Shown here: positions 18,891-28,075 of the stretch, in pieces
Layout: the number at the start of each line of letters is the position of its first letter
How positions within the stretch are numbered: the stretch's first letter is position 1
NCBI GenBank assembly: GCA_963846575.1
Contig: CAWJWJ010000002.1
Span: 2,272,001 to 2,336,000, forward strand
Length of the DNA stretch: 64,000 nucleotides
Origin: an uncultured Nitrospiraceae bacterium
Lineage (GTDB): Bacteria > Nitrospirota > Nitrospiria > Nitrospirales > Nitrospiraceae
Reading direction: 5' to 3'
Position numbers and translations under genes: made by a program
The notes under the pieces: model-generated
Told to the model about the DNA's origin: nothing
Databases searched by the model: none
What the model saw: the letters and a program-made list of their open reading frames with translations, nothing else

Positions 18891-20630
18891 CTACGCATGA
18901 GGTGGCACACCCTCGACGACGAAGTCCTCCCGGCCGCCATGAATCCATTGCGAGAGCGCAAGGAGATCGGGCGCGGATCTGAGGTCCTGGGAATCGCCCA
19001 GACACATCCGCGTCTGCAAGCTGGCTTTGGCATCCCGCTGATATTCGAGCGTGACGGACCGGAGGTGGAACGGACGCTGCACAAAGACCCCGTAGGCAAA
19101 TCGCTCCGCCAACTCCCGTTGCGCCGCCGCGAGCGGAGGAATGTCCTGGATATGCGCCAGGCGGTCTAAGTACTGCGCGGTCGAATCGGAATCGATCGTG
19201 AAACCGAGACGGTCAAAGCGACCGGTACCCGCGGTGAGTACGGGAATCCCGAAACTGGCCGCCTCAATTCCGACCGTACCGCGCACGGTGACACAGTAGT
19301 CCATCACGGAGTAGAGGGACAGCGTGCTCATGGGAGTGTGTGGCTGGATGACGTGGATATGCCCGGGCAAGACCTCGCTGATGGAGGCGATCGCCGTCAT
19401 CTCCAACGGGGGGGTGTGTATCCCGTCCCGAACGTTCTTAACCATGTTGGCCGGATGAATTTTTACGATCCAGTTCACGGCGGTGTTGGCGCAAGCGACG
19501 CGCATGGTTTCGCGGAACCATTCCTCATAGCTGCTGAACAGATCCGTGCCCCAGAAGAAGGTCCCGTCCCAGAAGATATGCGGAAAGATGACCGCCGTCT
19601 TTTTTGCCGGATCGGTCGTCAGTGCGGCGCGCACTTCTGCCGCATCCTGCACCCGCGTGTGAAACTGCGTCCCGACTTCGCTATACCACTCCCCTTTCAC
19701 GTAACTTCCGACGATTTCCTCCCGGAGAGACTCCGACTGTTTCGCCCCCCAGGGACGTGTCTTCACCGTCTCCCAGGTGTCCGGCGCGAGGGAGGCCGGA
19801 TGCACATCGCGGTTCTTCTGGTTGTAGCGCTTGAACATCAAGGTATTGTTTCTGTGGGCGGCATTCCAGGTAATGGTATCGATTTCGGCGGCCAGGCACA
19901 GGTCATACAATTCTCCCCGGGGGGAATACCCCACATCGATCGTCAGAGCAAGATCGGGCTTCAACGCGTCCAGCACGCGCTTGGAGGCCTCCGCACACTC
20001 GACCGCGCGGCGGAGAAACGGAAGCAGCGACTGTCGAGTGGAAGGGGACGCCAGATCGAGGCGGCCGACCCGGAGGTGCCGAAGCGCGGTGGAGGCCGCA
20101 TATTTGCCGACCCGGACCCCCTGATACTCCAACCCAACAAAGTGCTGGAACGTGTTCACCGAGGCCAGGAGCGAAGCAGCCAGAGCCGTGTCACTGGCTT
20201 CCAAGAACTCATCCCAGAAGTACACGGCGTCGACGCCGCAGTGGCGGTAGTACCGCTCCGTCCAAGGATCGTATTCGGCCAGCACGACGGGACGGAACCC
20301 GGCCAGTTCACAGGCCTTGACCAGAGCCAGTTCGACGAGCAATGCGTGCCGCCCCGTATTGACCACGAGGACAGAGGGGAGATCGGCGATGGGAGGAAAC
20401 AGGCGTTGTTGGAAGAGACGGCCCTGGCCCTGACAGAACAGCGCGAAGTCTACCGCCTGCTGGCGTTCTTCCCGACGAAAGGTTGCGTCCGAAAGCCGTC
20501 GAATGCCCCCCCATACGCTCCGCGCATGAGGCAGCAGACCCGCTTGCCTGAACAGTTTCTTGAGAGAGCTTTTGGAAACCTTCCAACTCATACAGGACGA
20601 GAAGCCGGTCTTGATGACGAACTCACGCAC
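18891..20630 (-). CDS. Capsule-biosynthesis protein of KpsS/KpsC-like type (possible CMP-ulosonate transferase)
   Basis: VKIHP and GTVGIEAASFGIPVLTAG motifs typical of Capsule_synth-like GT-B proteins; located directly downstream of neuABC and an epimerase. Confidence 0.6.
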   Translation of the reverse strand: MREFVIKTGFSSCMSWKVSKSSLKKLFRQAGLLPHARSVWGGIRRLSDATFRREERQQAVDFALFCQGQGRLFQQRLFPPIADLPSVLVVNTGRHALLVELALVKACELAGFRPVVLAEYDPWTERYYRHCGVDAVYFWDEFLEASDTALAASLLASVNTFQHFVGLEYQGVRVGKYAASTALRHLRVGRLDLASPSTRQSLLPFLRRAVECAEASKRVLDALKPDLALTIDVGYSPRGELYDLCLAAEIDTITWNAAHRNNTLMFKRYNQKNRDVHPASLAPDTWETVKTRPWGAKQSESLREEIVGSYVKGEWYSEVGTQFHTRVQDAAEVRAALTTDPAKKTAVIFPHIFWDGTFFWGTDLFSSYEEWFRETMRVACANTAVNWIVKIHPANMVKNVRDGIHTPPLEMTAIASISEVLPGHIHVIQPHTPMSTLSLYSVMDYCVTVRGTVGIEAASFGIPVLTAGTGRFDRLGFTIDSDSTAQYLDRLAHIQDIPPLAAAQRELAERFAYGVFVQRPFHLRSVTLEYQRDAKASLQTRMCLGDSQDLRSAPDLLALSQWIHGGREDFVVEGVPPHA

Positions 20631-21629
20631 CTAGGTCATCTCATCGATGAGGTACGGCAACTCCGTACTTTCCCATTTCTCAAAGATACTGTTCTTCTCG
20701 ATGATCCGCCGGATGCCGTCTTCCAGCGACACGCGCGATTCGAATCCCAGCAATCGTTTGGCTTTCTCCCCGGAGCAGTAGCGGCGGTGGATCTCACGGC
20801 TCGCATGGCGGTCCGTGCCCTGAAAGTCGCCGGCATATTTGATCTCGACCGACGGATTGCCGCTCGCCTTGACAACGAGGTCCGCCAGGTCCGTGAGCGA
20901 AATCGGCCGCTCGCTGTTCCCGAGATTGATCACCTGGCCGCCCGCCTCCGGCCTCAGCAGCGCCTCGACCACCCCGCGCCCCGTATCCTCGCTGTAACAG
21001 TACGATCGGATCTGATCGCCGCTTCCGTTGATCACGATGGGTTTGCCCGTCATCGCATTCTGAATAAACTTGGGCAGCACGAACTGCGCCGCCTGGTAGG
21101 GCCCGTAGGCGTTGAAGAACCGCAGAATGACCTGTTCGAAGCCGGGGTACCGCTGCGCATACCCGATGCAAAGTTCCTCGCCGGCCAGTTTACTGATGGC
21201 GTAGACCGTCTTCCCCTGCGTGATGGTGTCCTCGGTGATGGGATTTTCGAGCGGCTCGCCGTACACCTCCGATGAGGAGGCGAACACGAGGCGCTTCACG
21301 CGATGCTGGATCGCGCAATCCAACACCCGCTTCGTCCCCTCCACGTTGATTTCGAGACAACGCAGCCGGTTGACCTCGGTGCGCCGCACGCCGAGCAGGG
21401 CAGCCAGATGAATCACGGCACCACACCCGTCCATGGCTTCCCTGATCGAGGAGACATCCAGAATCGACCCGTAGAAAACCTTCACGTTGGACGGCAGCGC
21501 TCCCCTGACCCGGGCGATCTGCTCGCCGAGATCCAGCAGGTGAACTTTGATGCCGCGCCGGTCTAACTCGCGACAGACCTGAATCCCGATACACCCTGCA
21601 CCGCCGGTGACCAACACTGGAGCGTTCAT
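20631..21629 (-). CDS. NAD-dependent nucleotide-sugar epimerase/dehydratase (extended SDR)
   Basis: VTGGAGCIG, HLAA, ASSSEVYG, YAISK (YxxxK) and RFFNAYGP motifs. Confidence 0.9.
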   Translation of the reverse strand: MNAPVLVTGGAGCIGIQVCRELDRRGIKVHLLDLGEQIARVRGALPSNVKVFYGSILDVSSIREAMDGCGAVIHLAALLGVRRTEVNRLRCLEINVEGTKRVLDCAIQHRVKRLVFASSSEVYGEPLENPITEDTITQGKTVYAISKLAGEELCIGYAQRYPGFEQVILRFFNAYGPYQAAQFVLPKFIQNAMTGKPIVINGSGDQIRSYCYSEDTGRGVVEALLRPEAGGQVINLGNSERPISLTDLADLVVKASGNPSVEIKYAGDFQGTDRHASREIHRRYCSGEKAKRLLGFESRVSLEDGIRRIIEKNSIFEKWESTELPYLIDEMT

Positions 21630-21648
21630 AAAAGACCTGTTCCTCTAA

Positions 21649-22800
21649 TCAATAGGTCATTTGTTTGTTGAGGAGCGTGCCGAGGTCGACCTCTTCCAGA
21701 ACCCGACAGATCCGTTCCGAACTGTTGCCGTCGCCGTAGGGATTCTCACAGGTTTGGAGCGCCTGCCGAAAGGCCGGATCATGCAAGGCCTGCCCGATCG
21801 CCGGCCCGATCAGCCGCCGGTCGAATTCAGGGATCGTGAGCACGTTGCAGGCGCGCATCCGCCCCGTCTGACGGCTGCCAATATCCAGGGCCGGCAGTTT
21901 GAACGAGGGGGCCTCGAGGATGCCGACGCTGCTGTTTCCGATCAGGAGGGACACGGCCGTCAACAGGCTCAGAAACACGTCGCGGTCGAGGTTGCGGAAC
22001 GTCCTGATCGTCGGGACCTGTTCATACTGGCGAATGACGCTGATGATCTCCTGCCCCGCGGCATCGACATTGGGATAGATCACCAGAGCGGGATGGCCGC
22101 TGTCCTTCACGGCGGCCAGCGTCTCTTCCATTTGCTTCCTGGCCAGATGCACTTCCGCCAGGACGGGATGCTGGATCACCAGCAGCACCGGCTGCTCGAA
22201 GTCGAGGCCGAACCGCTTCGTCAACTCGGCCCGTCCCAGTGTTTTGCCATGCACGACGTCGTCGAGCTGGGGAGCGCCCACGTTGAAGATCCGCCAGGGC
22301 TGCTCGCCCATCTTGCGTACCCGTTCGGCGGAGTCTTCACAGGAGGGCAGATGGATGTGCGCAAGCTTGGTGATGGCATGGCGGGCGGAACCGTCGATGT
22401 GGCCGGACAGGTCTCCGGATTGAATATGGGCGACGGGAATGTTCATGTAGGCGGCTGTGACGGTCGCGGCCAGAATCTCCGCCCGATCGCCGGCCACCAG
22501 GAGGAGATCCGGCTTCAGCATATCGAAGACCTGCGCCAGCCCCTGCATTTCCACGCCCAACGATTTCGACCAGGCCGTGGGGGTATCCCCGCCCACATAC
22601 ATCTCCACCCGCGCTGCCGGAGTGAATCCGTCTCTGACGATCTCCTGGATCGACGAGCCGTATTCCTTCAATAAGTGCATGCCGGTCACGATAAGCTGCA
22701 GTTCCAGCCGGTCGGACCGCTCGATCAACTGCATCACTCGCTTGATGTAACCGTAGGTGGCCCTGGCTTCGGACACCACGGCAATCTTGCGCCGCGTCAT
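21649..22800 (-). CDS. neuC: UDP-N-acetylglucosamine 2-epimerase, hydrolysing
   Basis: VTGMHL..YG, GDRAE, HIQSGD.SG.ID...RHAITKLAH, GNSSVGILEAP, GSRQ.GR and NPYGDG motifs; ATGA overlap with neuB. Confidence 0.92.
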   Translation of the reverse strand: MTRRKIAVVSEARATYGYIKRVMQLIERSDRLELQLIVTGMHLLKEYGSSIQEIVRDGFTPAARVEMYVGGDTPTAWSKSLGVEMQGLAQVFDMLKPDLLLVAGDRAEILAATVTAAYMNIPVAHIQSGDLSGHIDGSARHAITKLAHIHLPSCEDSAERVRKMGEQPWRIFNVGAPQLDDVVHGKTLGRAELTKRFGLDFEQPVLLVIQHPVLAEVHLARKQMEETLAAVKDSGHPALVIYPNVDAAGQEIISVIRQYEQVPTIRTFRNLDRDVFLSLLTAVSLLIGNSSVGILEAPSFKLPALDIGSRQTGRMRACNVLTIPEFDRRLIGPAIGQALHDPAFRQALQTCENPYGDGNSSERICRVLEEVDLGTLLNKQMTY

Positions 22801-23843
22801 GCGTTCAATTGCTCCCAGCGGATCTGGCTGTCCTTGGGGATGTCCACCTGCGCCACCTTGCCGATGACCTTCTTCAGGTCCTTCGCGGGCACCACGCCGG
22901 GCCCGGGACTCGGGCGTTTGACCCACACCATCTCGTTGGTAATCACGCTGCCGCGCGGGATCGCCACCTCGGACACGACGCTTTCACGCGCCCAGGCCAC
23001 GATCTCCCGCTCTTCCGGAAAAATAATCCGATCCGCGCCCCTGGCGCGGAAGACGGCGTCCACGCCCCTGACCAACTCGCTCAACTCATCCGGCTCGATC
23101 GACACGGGATGATCCGGCCCCGGTTGCTGCCGGTCCAGCGTGAAGTGCTTCTCCACGACGCAGGCATCCAAGGCCACGGCTCCGATCGCCGTGTAGATTC
23201 CTCGCGAATGGTCCGACAGGCCGACGGGGACGGAGAAGAGGTCTCGATACCGTCCGATCATCCCAAGGTTCACCCGGTCATAGGGCGTCGGATAGGCCGA
23301 CACGCAGTGCGTCAGGGCGAACGGCGTATTCAATGATTTGAGCAATGCGACCGTCTCTCCGACCTCGTCAATCGTACACATGCCGGTCGAGACGATCATG
23401 GGCTTTCCCTTCCGGCCGATGTGCTCGATGAGCGGCAGGTTGGTCAGTTCCCCGGAGCCCGTCTTGTAAGCCACGACCCCGAGTTCTTCGAGAATATCGG
23501 CCCCCACCCGGCTGAAGGGCGTGCAGAGATACAAAATGCCCAGCGTCTCGCAGAGCCGCTTGAGTTCCCGGTGCTGGTCGATCGACAGGTTCGTCTTGTC
23601 GAGCGTGACGTAGAGGGGCTCGGCGAAATTCGCCGATTGCGGCGTGTCCCGCAGCATCTCGTTGTTCAACACGTGGATCTGGAACTTGATGATGTGGGCG
23701 CCCATGGCATGGGCGATGTAGACCATGCGCTTCGCGGTCTCGAAATCGCCCTGGTGATTGACCGCGGCCTCGGCGATGACGAGCGGAGGGTGGTTCGGTC
23801 CGATGCGATGGGGGCCGATGTGAATGGGGGCAATCTCAGCCAT
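22797..23843 (-). CDS. neuB: N-acetylneuraminate (nonulosonate) synthase with C-terminal SAF domain
   Basis: IAEAAVNHQG, IKFQ, CTPFS, KTGSGE, STGM, HCVSAYP, GLSDH and EKHFTLD motifs. Confidence 0.93.
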   Translation of the reverse strand: MAEIAPIHIGPHRIGPNHPPLVIAEAAVNHQGDFETAKRMVYIAHAMGAHIIKFQIHVLNNEMLRDTPQSANFAEPLYVTLDKTNLSIDQHRELKRLCETLGILYLCTPFSRVGADILEELGVVAYKTGSGELTNLPLIEHIGRKGKPMIVSTGMCTIDEVGETVALLKSLNTPFALTHCVSAYPTPYDRVNLGMIGRYRDLFSVPVGLSDHSRGIYTAIGAVALDACVVEKHFTLDRQQPGPDHPVSIEPDELSELVRGVDAVFRARGADRIIFPEEREIVAWARESVVSEVAIPRGSVITNEMVWVKRPSPGPGVVPAKDLKKVIGKVAQVDIPKDSQIRWEQLNA

Positions 23844-24528
23844 GATGATCCTCCGCAAGGCGTTGCGCGAGCACCGCTTCCGCCACGATAAAATCCAATG
23901 GTTCGTTGATGTCGACGGCCTCGCGCGGGTCTTCCACAACCAGACCCTGTCTCGTCCGGCCCAGCACCGACCGGTCGCGCTCCAATGCGCCGGTTCGCGT
24001 CACGTAGACCGTGCTGCTTTCCTCAAACAACGGGCGGCGTTCCTGCCGGCGCCGCGGCTGATCGGGAAACAGATATTCGAACCGGCCGTCTTCCAGCCGT
24101 CCATAACATTTCCTGGTTTCGGTGACCGTCATCACGCAATCGACTTCCCCATGCGTGATGGCTGCCTCGATGCACCGGTCGATCAGCGCCGTCGTCCTGA
24201 ACGGCGACGTCGGCTCCAGGGTGACCACATACTCAGGCCGATACCCCTGCTTCCCCAAGACCTCCAAGACCTGCAAGAGCGCCCCTTCCGTCGGTGCCTG
24301 ATCGGTAGCCAGGTCCGCCGGTCGATCGATGACCTCGGCGCCATGGTCGCGCGCCACTTGTGCGATCTCCGGATGGTCGGTCGAGACAACGCAGCGATCG
24401 AGGTACCGGGACTGCTTCGCGGCCCGGATCGTAAAGGCCAGCAGCGGCGTCCCGTTGAGGGGTCGGATGTTTTTCAGCGGGATCGATTTCGACCCGCCGC
24501 GAGCGGGAATCACCGCAAGCACGTGCAT
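23836..24528 (-). CDS. neuA: Acylneuraminate cytidylyltransferase (CMP-nonulosonate synthetase)
   Basis: IPARGGSKSIPLKN, VSTD, RPADLATD, PTSPFR and DINEPLD motifs. Confidence 0.92.
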   Translation of the reverse strand: MHVLAVIPARGGSKSIPLKNIRPLNGTPLLAFTIRAAKQSRYLDRCVVSTDHPEIAQVARDHGAEVIDRPADLATDQAPTEGALLQVLEVLGKQGYRPEYVVTLEPTSPFRTTALIDRCIEAAITHGEVDCVMTVTETRKCYGRLEDGRFEYLFPDQPRRRQERRPLFEESSTVYVTRTGALERDRSVLGRTRQGLVVEDPREAVDINEPLDFIVAEAVLAQRLAEDHHG

Positions 24529-24645
24529 TACGCTGTCTCAGGTTTAACAGGAGGAGGTTCTTGGATCGCCTCCCCATGGACGATATGTACGCCTTGAACG
24601 TGCCTCACCAACTGTGACCGGCGCCGGGCATTGGGAGGGTGTCGC

Positions 24646-24675
24646 ATCGTACAAGGCAAAGTCGAGACTCTTCAA
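24646..24675 (-). promoter_or_regulatory. Candidate sigma70 promoter for the neuABC block
   Basis: Minus strand TTGAAG, 18 nt spacer, TACGAT in the ~200-bp gap upstream of neuA. Confidence 0.4.
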
Positions 24676-24732
24676 CGCAAATCGCTTCGAGGATGGTGAA
24701 ATCAGAAGCCCTTCACTTCAAGACGCCAGCCG

Positions 24733-25860
24733 CTAGGAAGGCGGCGAGAGCAGTACTCGGCACAGATAGAACCGGCGTTCTAACACCGCGCGAGCCCACC
24801 GGACTCGTGACGACGCATTCATGTATTCCCATTGATCGGGCGCAAGCCAATCCCACAACAGCTGAAGCCTCGCCGGCATGTCAGCTTCTTCCTTTTCTGA
24901 AAAGTAACCCATCCGACGCCCGAGCTGGTAGGTTCGGAAAAGGATCAGCTTTCGTTCTCGTTCAGTCAGGATATCATCATAGCCGTACTCTTTGGCCATA
25001 TCGGACACAACCTGGGCCGGCGTATCGACACCCTTCAGACTGGGGTTGCTCGGGAGCGTTTTTAGATGTTTCCCCCCTAAGACGGTCTGCATCGTCGGCT
25101 CTACGGGTGGAGCGACTCCTAACCAGGCACAGATATCCGTGACCGTGCGCGAGGGCGCATCACAGAGGTCTTCGTACCGGACCAGATAATGCCGGACTGG
25201 ATCTGAGGTTACTCCCTGCAACGCAAACTGTGCATGTGGAATCCAGCGGGATTCTAATTGGAGCCTGAGAATGTCACCGCCTTGAAACCAGAACGGCTTT
25301 TGTTTCAAGACCATGTCCGTTCGCTTGAGGGAACTGTAATTAGAATAGGGATGTCGCAGAATGTGAATGAACTTCATGCCGGGGAACAGCTGCGCATACC
25401 GACGCAGGTCCGCGACCTCGATTGATTTGAACATCAGCCAAGGTGTTGCCGGGAGTTGCCGCTCATCGTACAAGGACCGGATCACGTCCATATAGGACTC
25501 AAGGTCGCGGACCACGTCTCCGGTGATACGGGACATCGCCGTTTGCAGTGGGTCGGTCACCGTCGGAATGGGAAGCACAAGCTTACTTACATAGGTTTCC
25601 TGGAGTTCACGGAGCTGTTGAGCCGTCCAGCTCTCAACCTGCTGCCGCTGCCGGGCCTCGAACGTGCCCCTGGCATGGCCGGGCAATGCGGACGCGCAGG
25701 TAGATACCATGCGCTTGGCAGTACCTTTTATGGAACGAGGCGCAAAAGCACGCAAATAGTTCAGCTCGATTGGATAAATCCACAGGCCTGGACTTCCATC
25801 AAGCAGTCGCATCAACAGCGTCGATCCATTCCGCCCAGCTCCGAAGATTCCGACCAACAA
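24733..25860 (-). CDS. PAPS-dependent sulfotransferase
   Basis: 5'-PSB loop GAGRNGSTLL..LLD, 3'-PB motif IHILRHPYSNYSS, and VRYEDL; TTG start behind AGGAGG. Confidence 0.85.
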   Translation of the reverse strand: MLVGIFGAGRNGSTLLMRLLDGSPGLWIYPIELNYLRAFAPRSIKGTAKRMVSTCASALPGHARGTFEARQRQQVESWTAQQLRELQETYVSKLVLPIPTVTDPLQTAMSRITGDVVRDLESYMDVIRSLYDERQLPATPWLMFKSIEVADLRRYAQLFPGMKFIHILRHPYSNYSSLKRTDMVLKQKPFWFQGGDILRLQLESRWIPHAQFALQGVTSDPVRHYLVRYEDLCDAPSRTVTDICAWLGVAPPVEPTMQTVLGGKHLKTLPSNPSLKGVDTPAQVVSDMAKEYGYDDILTERERKLILFRTYQLGRRMGYFSEKEEADMPARLQLLWDWLAPDQWEYMNASSRVRWARAVLERRFYLCRVLLSPPS

Positions 25861-25869
25861 AGAGTCCTC

Positions 25870-26649
25870 CTAACGAACCCGTTCAATGTGGGCCAACCGA
25901 TTCACCGACTTGACTAGCCGATAATCTCCGCTCGACGCGATCTCACGGATGAGCCGGCCTACGGAATCCGAATGGGTGTGAAATATGCCTTCATCGCAAG
26001 CATCGTCGAACAGCACGGCCCCTCCGACCTTCACGCGCCGCCCAAACCGTTCAAAGTCGTTCCGTACACCCTCGTAGGTGTGGTCGCCATCGATGAACAC
26101 GAGATCCACCTCGCCGGTGTCGACCTCGATGGTTCGTGAGTCACCGACCAGTAATGTGACAGGAAGTCCAAATCGAGCGCATAGGTCGCTAATTTCATCG
26201 TCGAACGTGCGTGTGCCTCGCTGGTGGAGGCGCGCTTCCTTCTCTCCGAGGTCTATCGACCAAAATTCTCCCTCTCCATTCATGGCTGCGGCAATAGTCA
26301 GGGTGGACCCTCCCTTGTAGCGTCCTATTTCAATGACTTTGCGTGACTTCGTCCTGCGTACTAGCCCGAACAGGTACGCGGTCTGTCGCACGGTCATGGC
26401 TATAACGCCATGGTCGAGTGAGGTGCTGGCAAACAATCCCGCCAAATCCTCAAACCGAAGAGAGCCATCCGACGGAAGGTCGAAGGCCATGCTATCCAAG
26501 GATGGAGATCTATTCAACCTGGGTCCCAACGCCTCTAGTAGCAATTGAGGTGTCCGTTCGCTCAACTGTTTTGCAAAAGCCAGAGCAACCGTCTCAGGCA
26601 AATACCTCGCTAAGGCCTCACCGATTTTATTGCTTATTCCGTATTTCAC
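25870..26649 (-). CDS. Class I SAM-dependent methyltransferase (Methyltransf_24-like)
   Basis: VIEIGRYKGGST, LLVGDS, DLVFIDGDHTYEGV and GGAVLFDD motifs. Confidence 0.87.
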   Translation of the reverse strand: MKYGISNKIGEALARYLPETVALAFAKQLSERTPQLLLEALGPRLNRSPSLDSMAFDLPSDGSLRFEDLAGLFASTSLDHGVIAMTVRQTAYLFGLVRRTKSRKVIEIGRYKGGSTLTIAAAMNGEGEFWSIDLGEKEARLHQRGTRTFDDEISDLCARFGLPVTLLVGDSRTIEVDTGEVDLVFIDGDHTYEGVRNDFERFGRRVKVGGAVLFDDACDEGIFHTHSDSVGRLIREIASSGDYRLVKSVNRLAHIERVR

Positions 26650-26689
26650 GCTGTCCTTCTTAACTGGTCAACATCCCTGTATCTTCAAC

Positions 26690-28015
26690 CTACTTAGACT
26701 TTGAGAGCCGGCCTTCACCGCGTGTGCCCGCAACTCGCTCCAACTCATCCACGATCGCCTGCCCCGCCACCGCTTCGGAAAAGTATTGTTCGAAGGTCTC
26801 CCTCCCTCCCCGGGAAAGACGTTGCTTCAAGACCTCGTCACGCAGCAGACTTGAGACGGCCTCCGCCAATTGTGCATCGGTGTCCGCCAGTAACGAGTTC
26901 CGCCCCTGCTGCATCTCCGGAATGCCAGCCGCATTCGCCCGATGGGCGACGACGGGGCACCCGAATGACCAGGCGGTGATCACCCTGACTCGGATCCCCA
27001 ACGGGATGTTCGTCGGCACGATCATGAGGTCGGCCGCGAGGAACTCGGGATCGGCCGGCACCACCCGTCCGATACGCCGCACGGAAGGCCCTTGCAATGC
27101 CCCCGCAAGGGCCTTCGGCGGGACTCCCCCGCCGACGAGACGCAATTCAAACCCATCCGCCCCGAACTCCGAAATCAGCCGGGGCAGCACGGCACGGGCC
27201 ACCGACCGGAGTCCGGACGAGGTCGAGGTGGTTGCCAGATCCCCGATCACAAGCACACGGGGCTTCCCCGGAGTCTTGGACGACTGCGCCTCTTTCCGCA
27301 ACGCCTCCCACTTCGGCCCCGCCACATCCGGCACCGGCGTCCTCAGATACCGCGCATCCGGGCTGCCGTGTGTCTTCAGCCACTCGGCATAGTGCCCGGC
27401 GAAGGCTCCACGGGACTCGGTCGATTCCAACAGGGCCGCCATGGCGCGTTGAGCAATCAGGGACTCCAGCCCCACCTTCAGGCCCTCCGGCAAGAACTTG
27501 GAGATCGTACAGGGACTCTCACGCCATCGAAAATACCCGGGCAGGTGCCAGAGATCGCCCACCGCCGCCATCAGGGGGGAGAGACCGAGCGGGGACACCG
27601 CCGCGAGCGCATCGAAGTGGTAGCACAGAAACCCGTCGAACTCCCGGCCCTTCAGGGCCGCCCGCACCTTCTCCGCGAGTTTGACCCACGGCATCAGGTA
27701 GGCCACGCCCTTGTGACGGTTGCCGACGCGGCCGATCCATCGGCCGATTTTTGCGAGCAGGCCGCCGTCGCGCGGGCCGACCAGCGACGCCATCTCATAT
27801 TCGACGACCAGAACCTCCGCCCCCTCGCGCCGTATCGCCGCTTCCTGTTGCGCACGGGAGTGCAGATAGGGATTGTTCCCGGTCACGTCGAACAGGCTGA
27901 TCACGCAAACCTGATGTCCGGATCGTGTCAGGGCCCGCACGATGGACCAGCAGGTCAACGCGCCCCCGTGGTAGCCCTCACCGGGCAAACCTTGAACAAT
28001 AAATCCGACCCTCAC
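26690..28015 (-). CDS. GT4-like glycosyltransferase
   Basis: N-terminal HGGA, ADLMIVP...GIRVRVITAWSFGCPVV and C-terminal GT-B helix pattern. Confidence 0.75.
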   Translation of the reverse strand: MRVGFIVQGLPGEGYHGGALTCWSIVRALTRSGHQVCVISLFDVTGNNPYLHSRAQQEAAIRREGAEVLVVEYEMASLVGPRDGGLLAKIGRWIGRVGNRHKGVAYLMPWVKLAEKVRAALKGREFDGFLCYHFDALAAVSPLGLSPLMAAVGDLWHLPGYFRWRESPCTISKFLPEGLKVGLESLIAQRAMAALLESTESRGAFAGHYAEWLKTHGSPDARYLRTPVPDVAGPKWEALRKEAQSSKTPGKPRVLVIGDLATTSTSSGLRSVARAVLPRLISEFGADGFELRLVGGGVPPKALAGALQGPSVRRIGRVVPADPEFLAADLMIVPTNIPLGIRVRVITAWSFGCPVVAHRANAAGIPEMQQGRNSLLADTDAQLAEAVSSLLRDEVLKQRLSRGGRETFEQYFSEAVAGQAIVDELERVAGTRGEGRLSKSK

Positions 28016-28075
28016 TTGAACCTTCTCCGATCCTCTGACTGGTATGGACGGGGCCCCGGGCAGGGGCCGCGGATG

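Noticed and set aside
19338..21275. 645-aa plus-strand ORF, and similar long antisense ORFs such as 4551-5717, 10657-11877, 27092-28303 and 62422-63537
   Set aside because: They lie wholly antisense to well-supported genes and show no motifs; such shadow ORFs are expected in GC-rich coding DNA.
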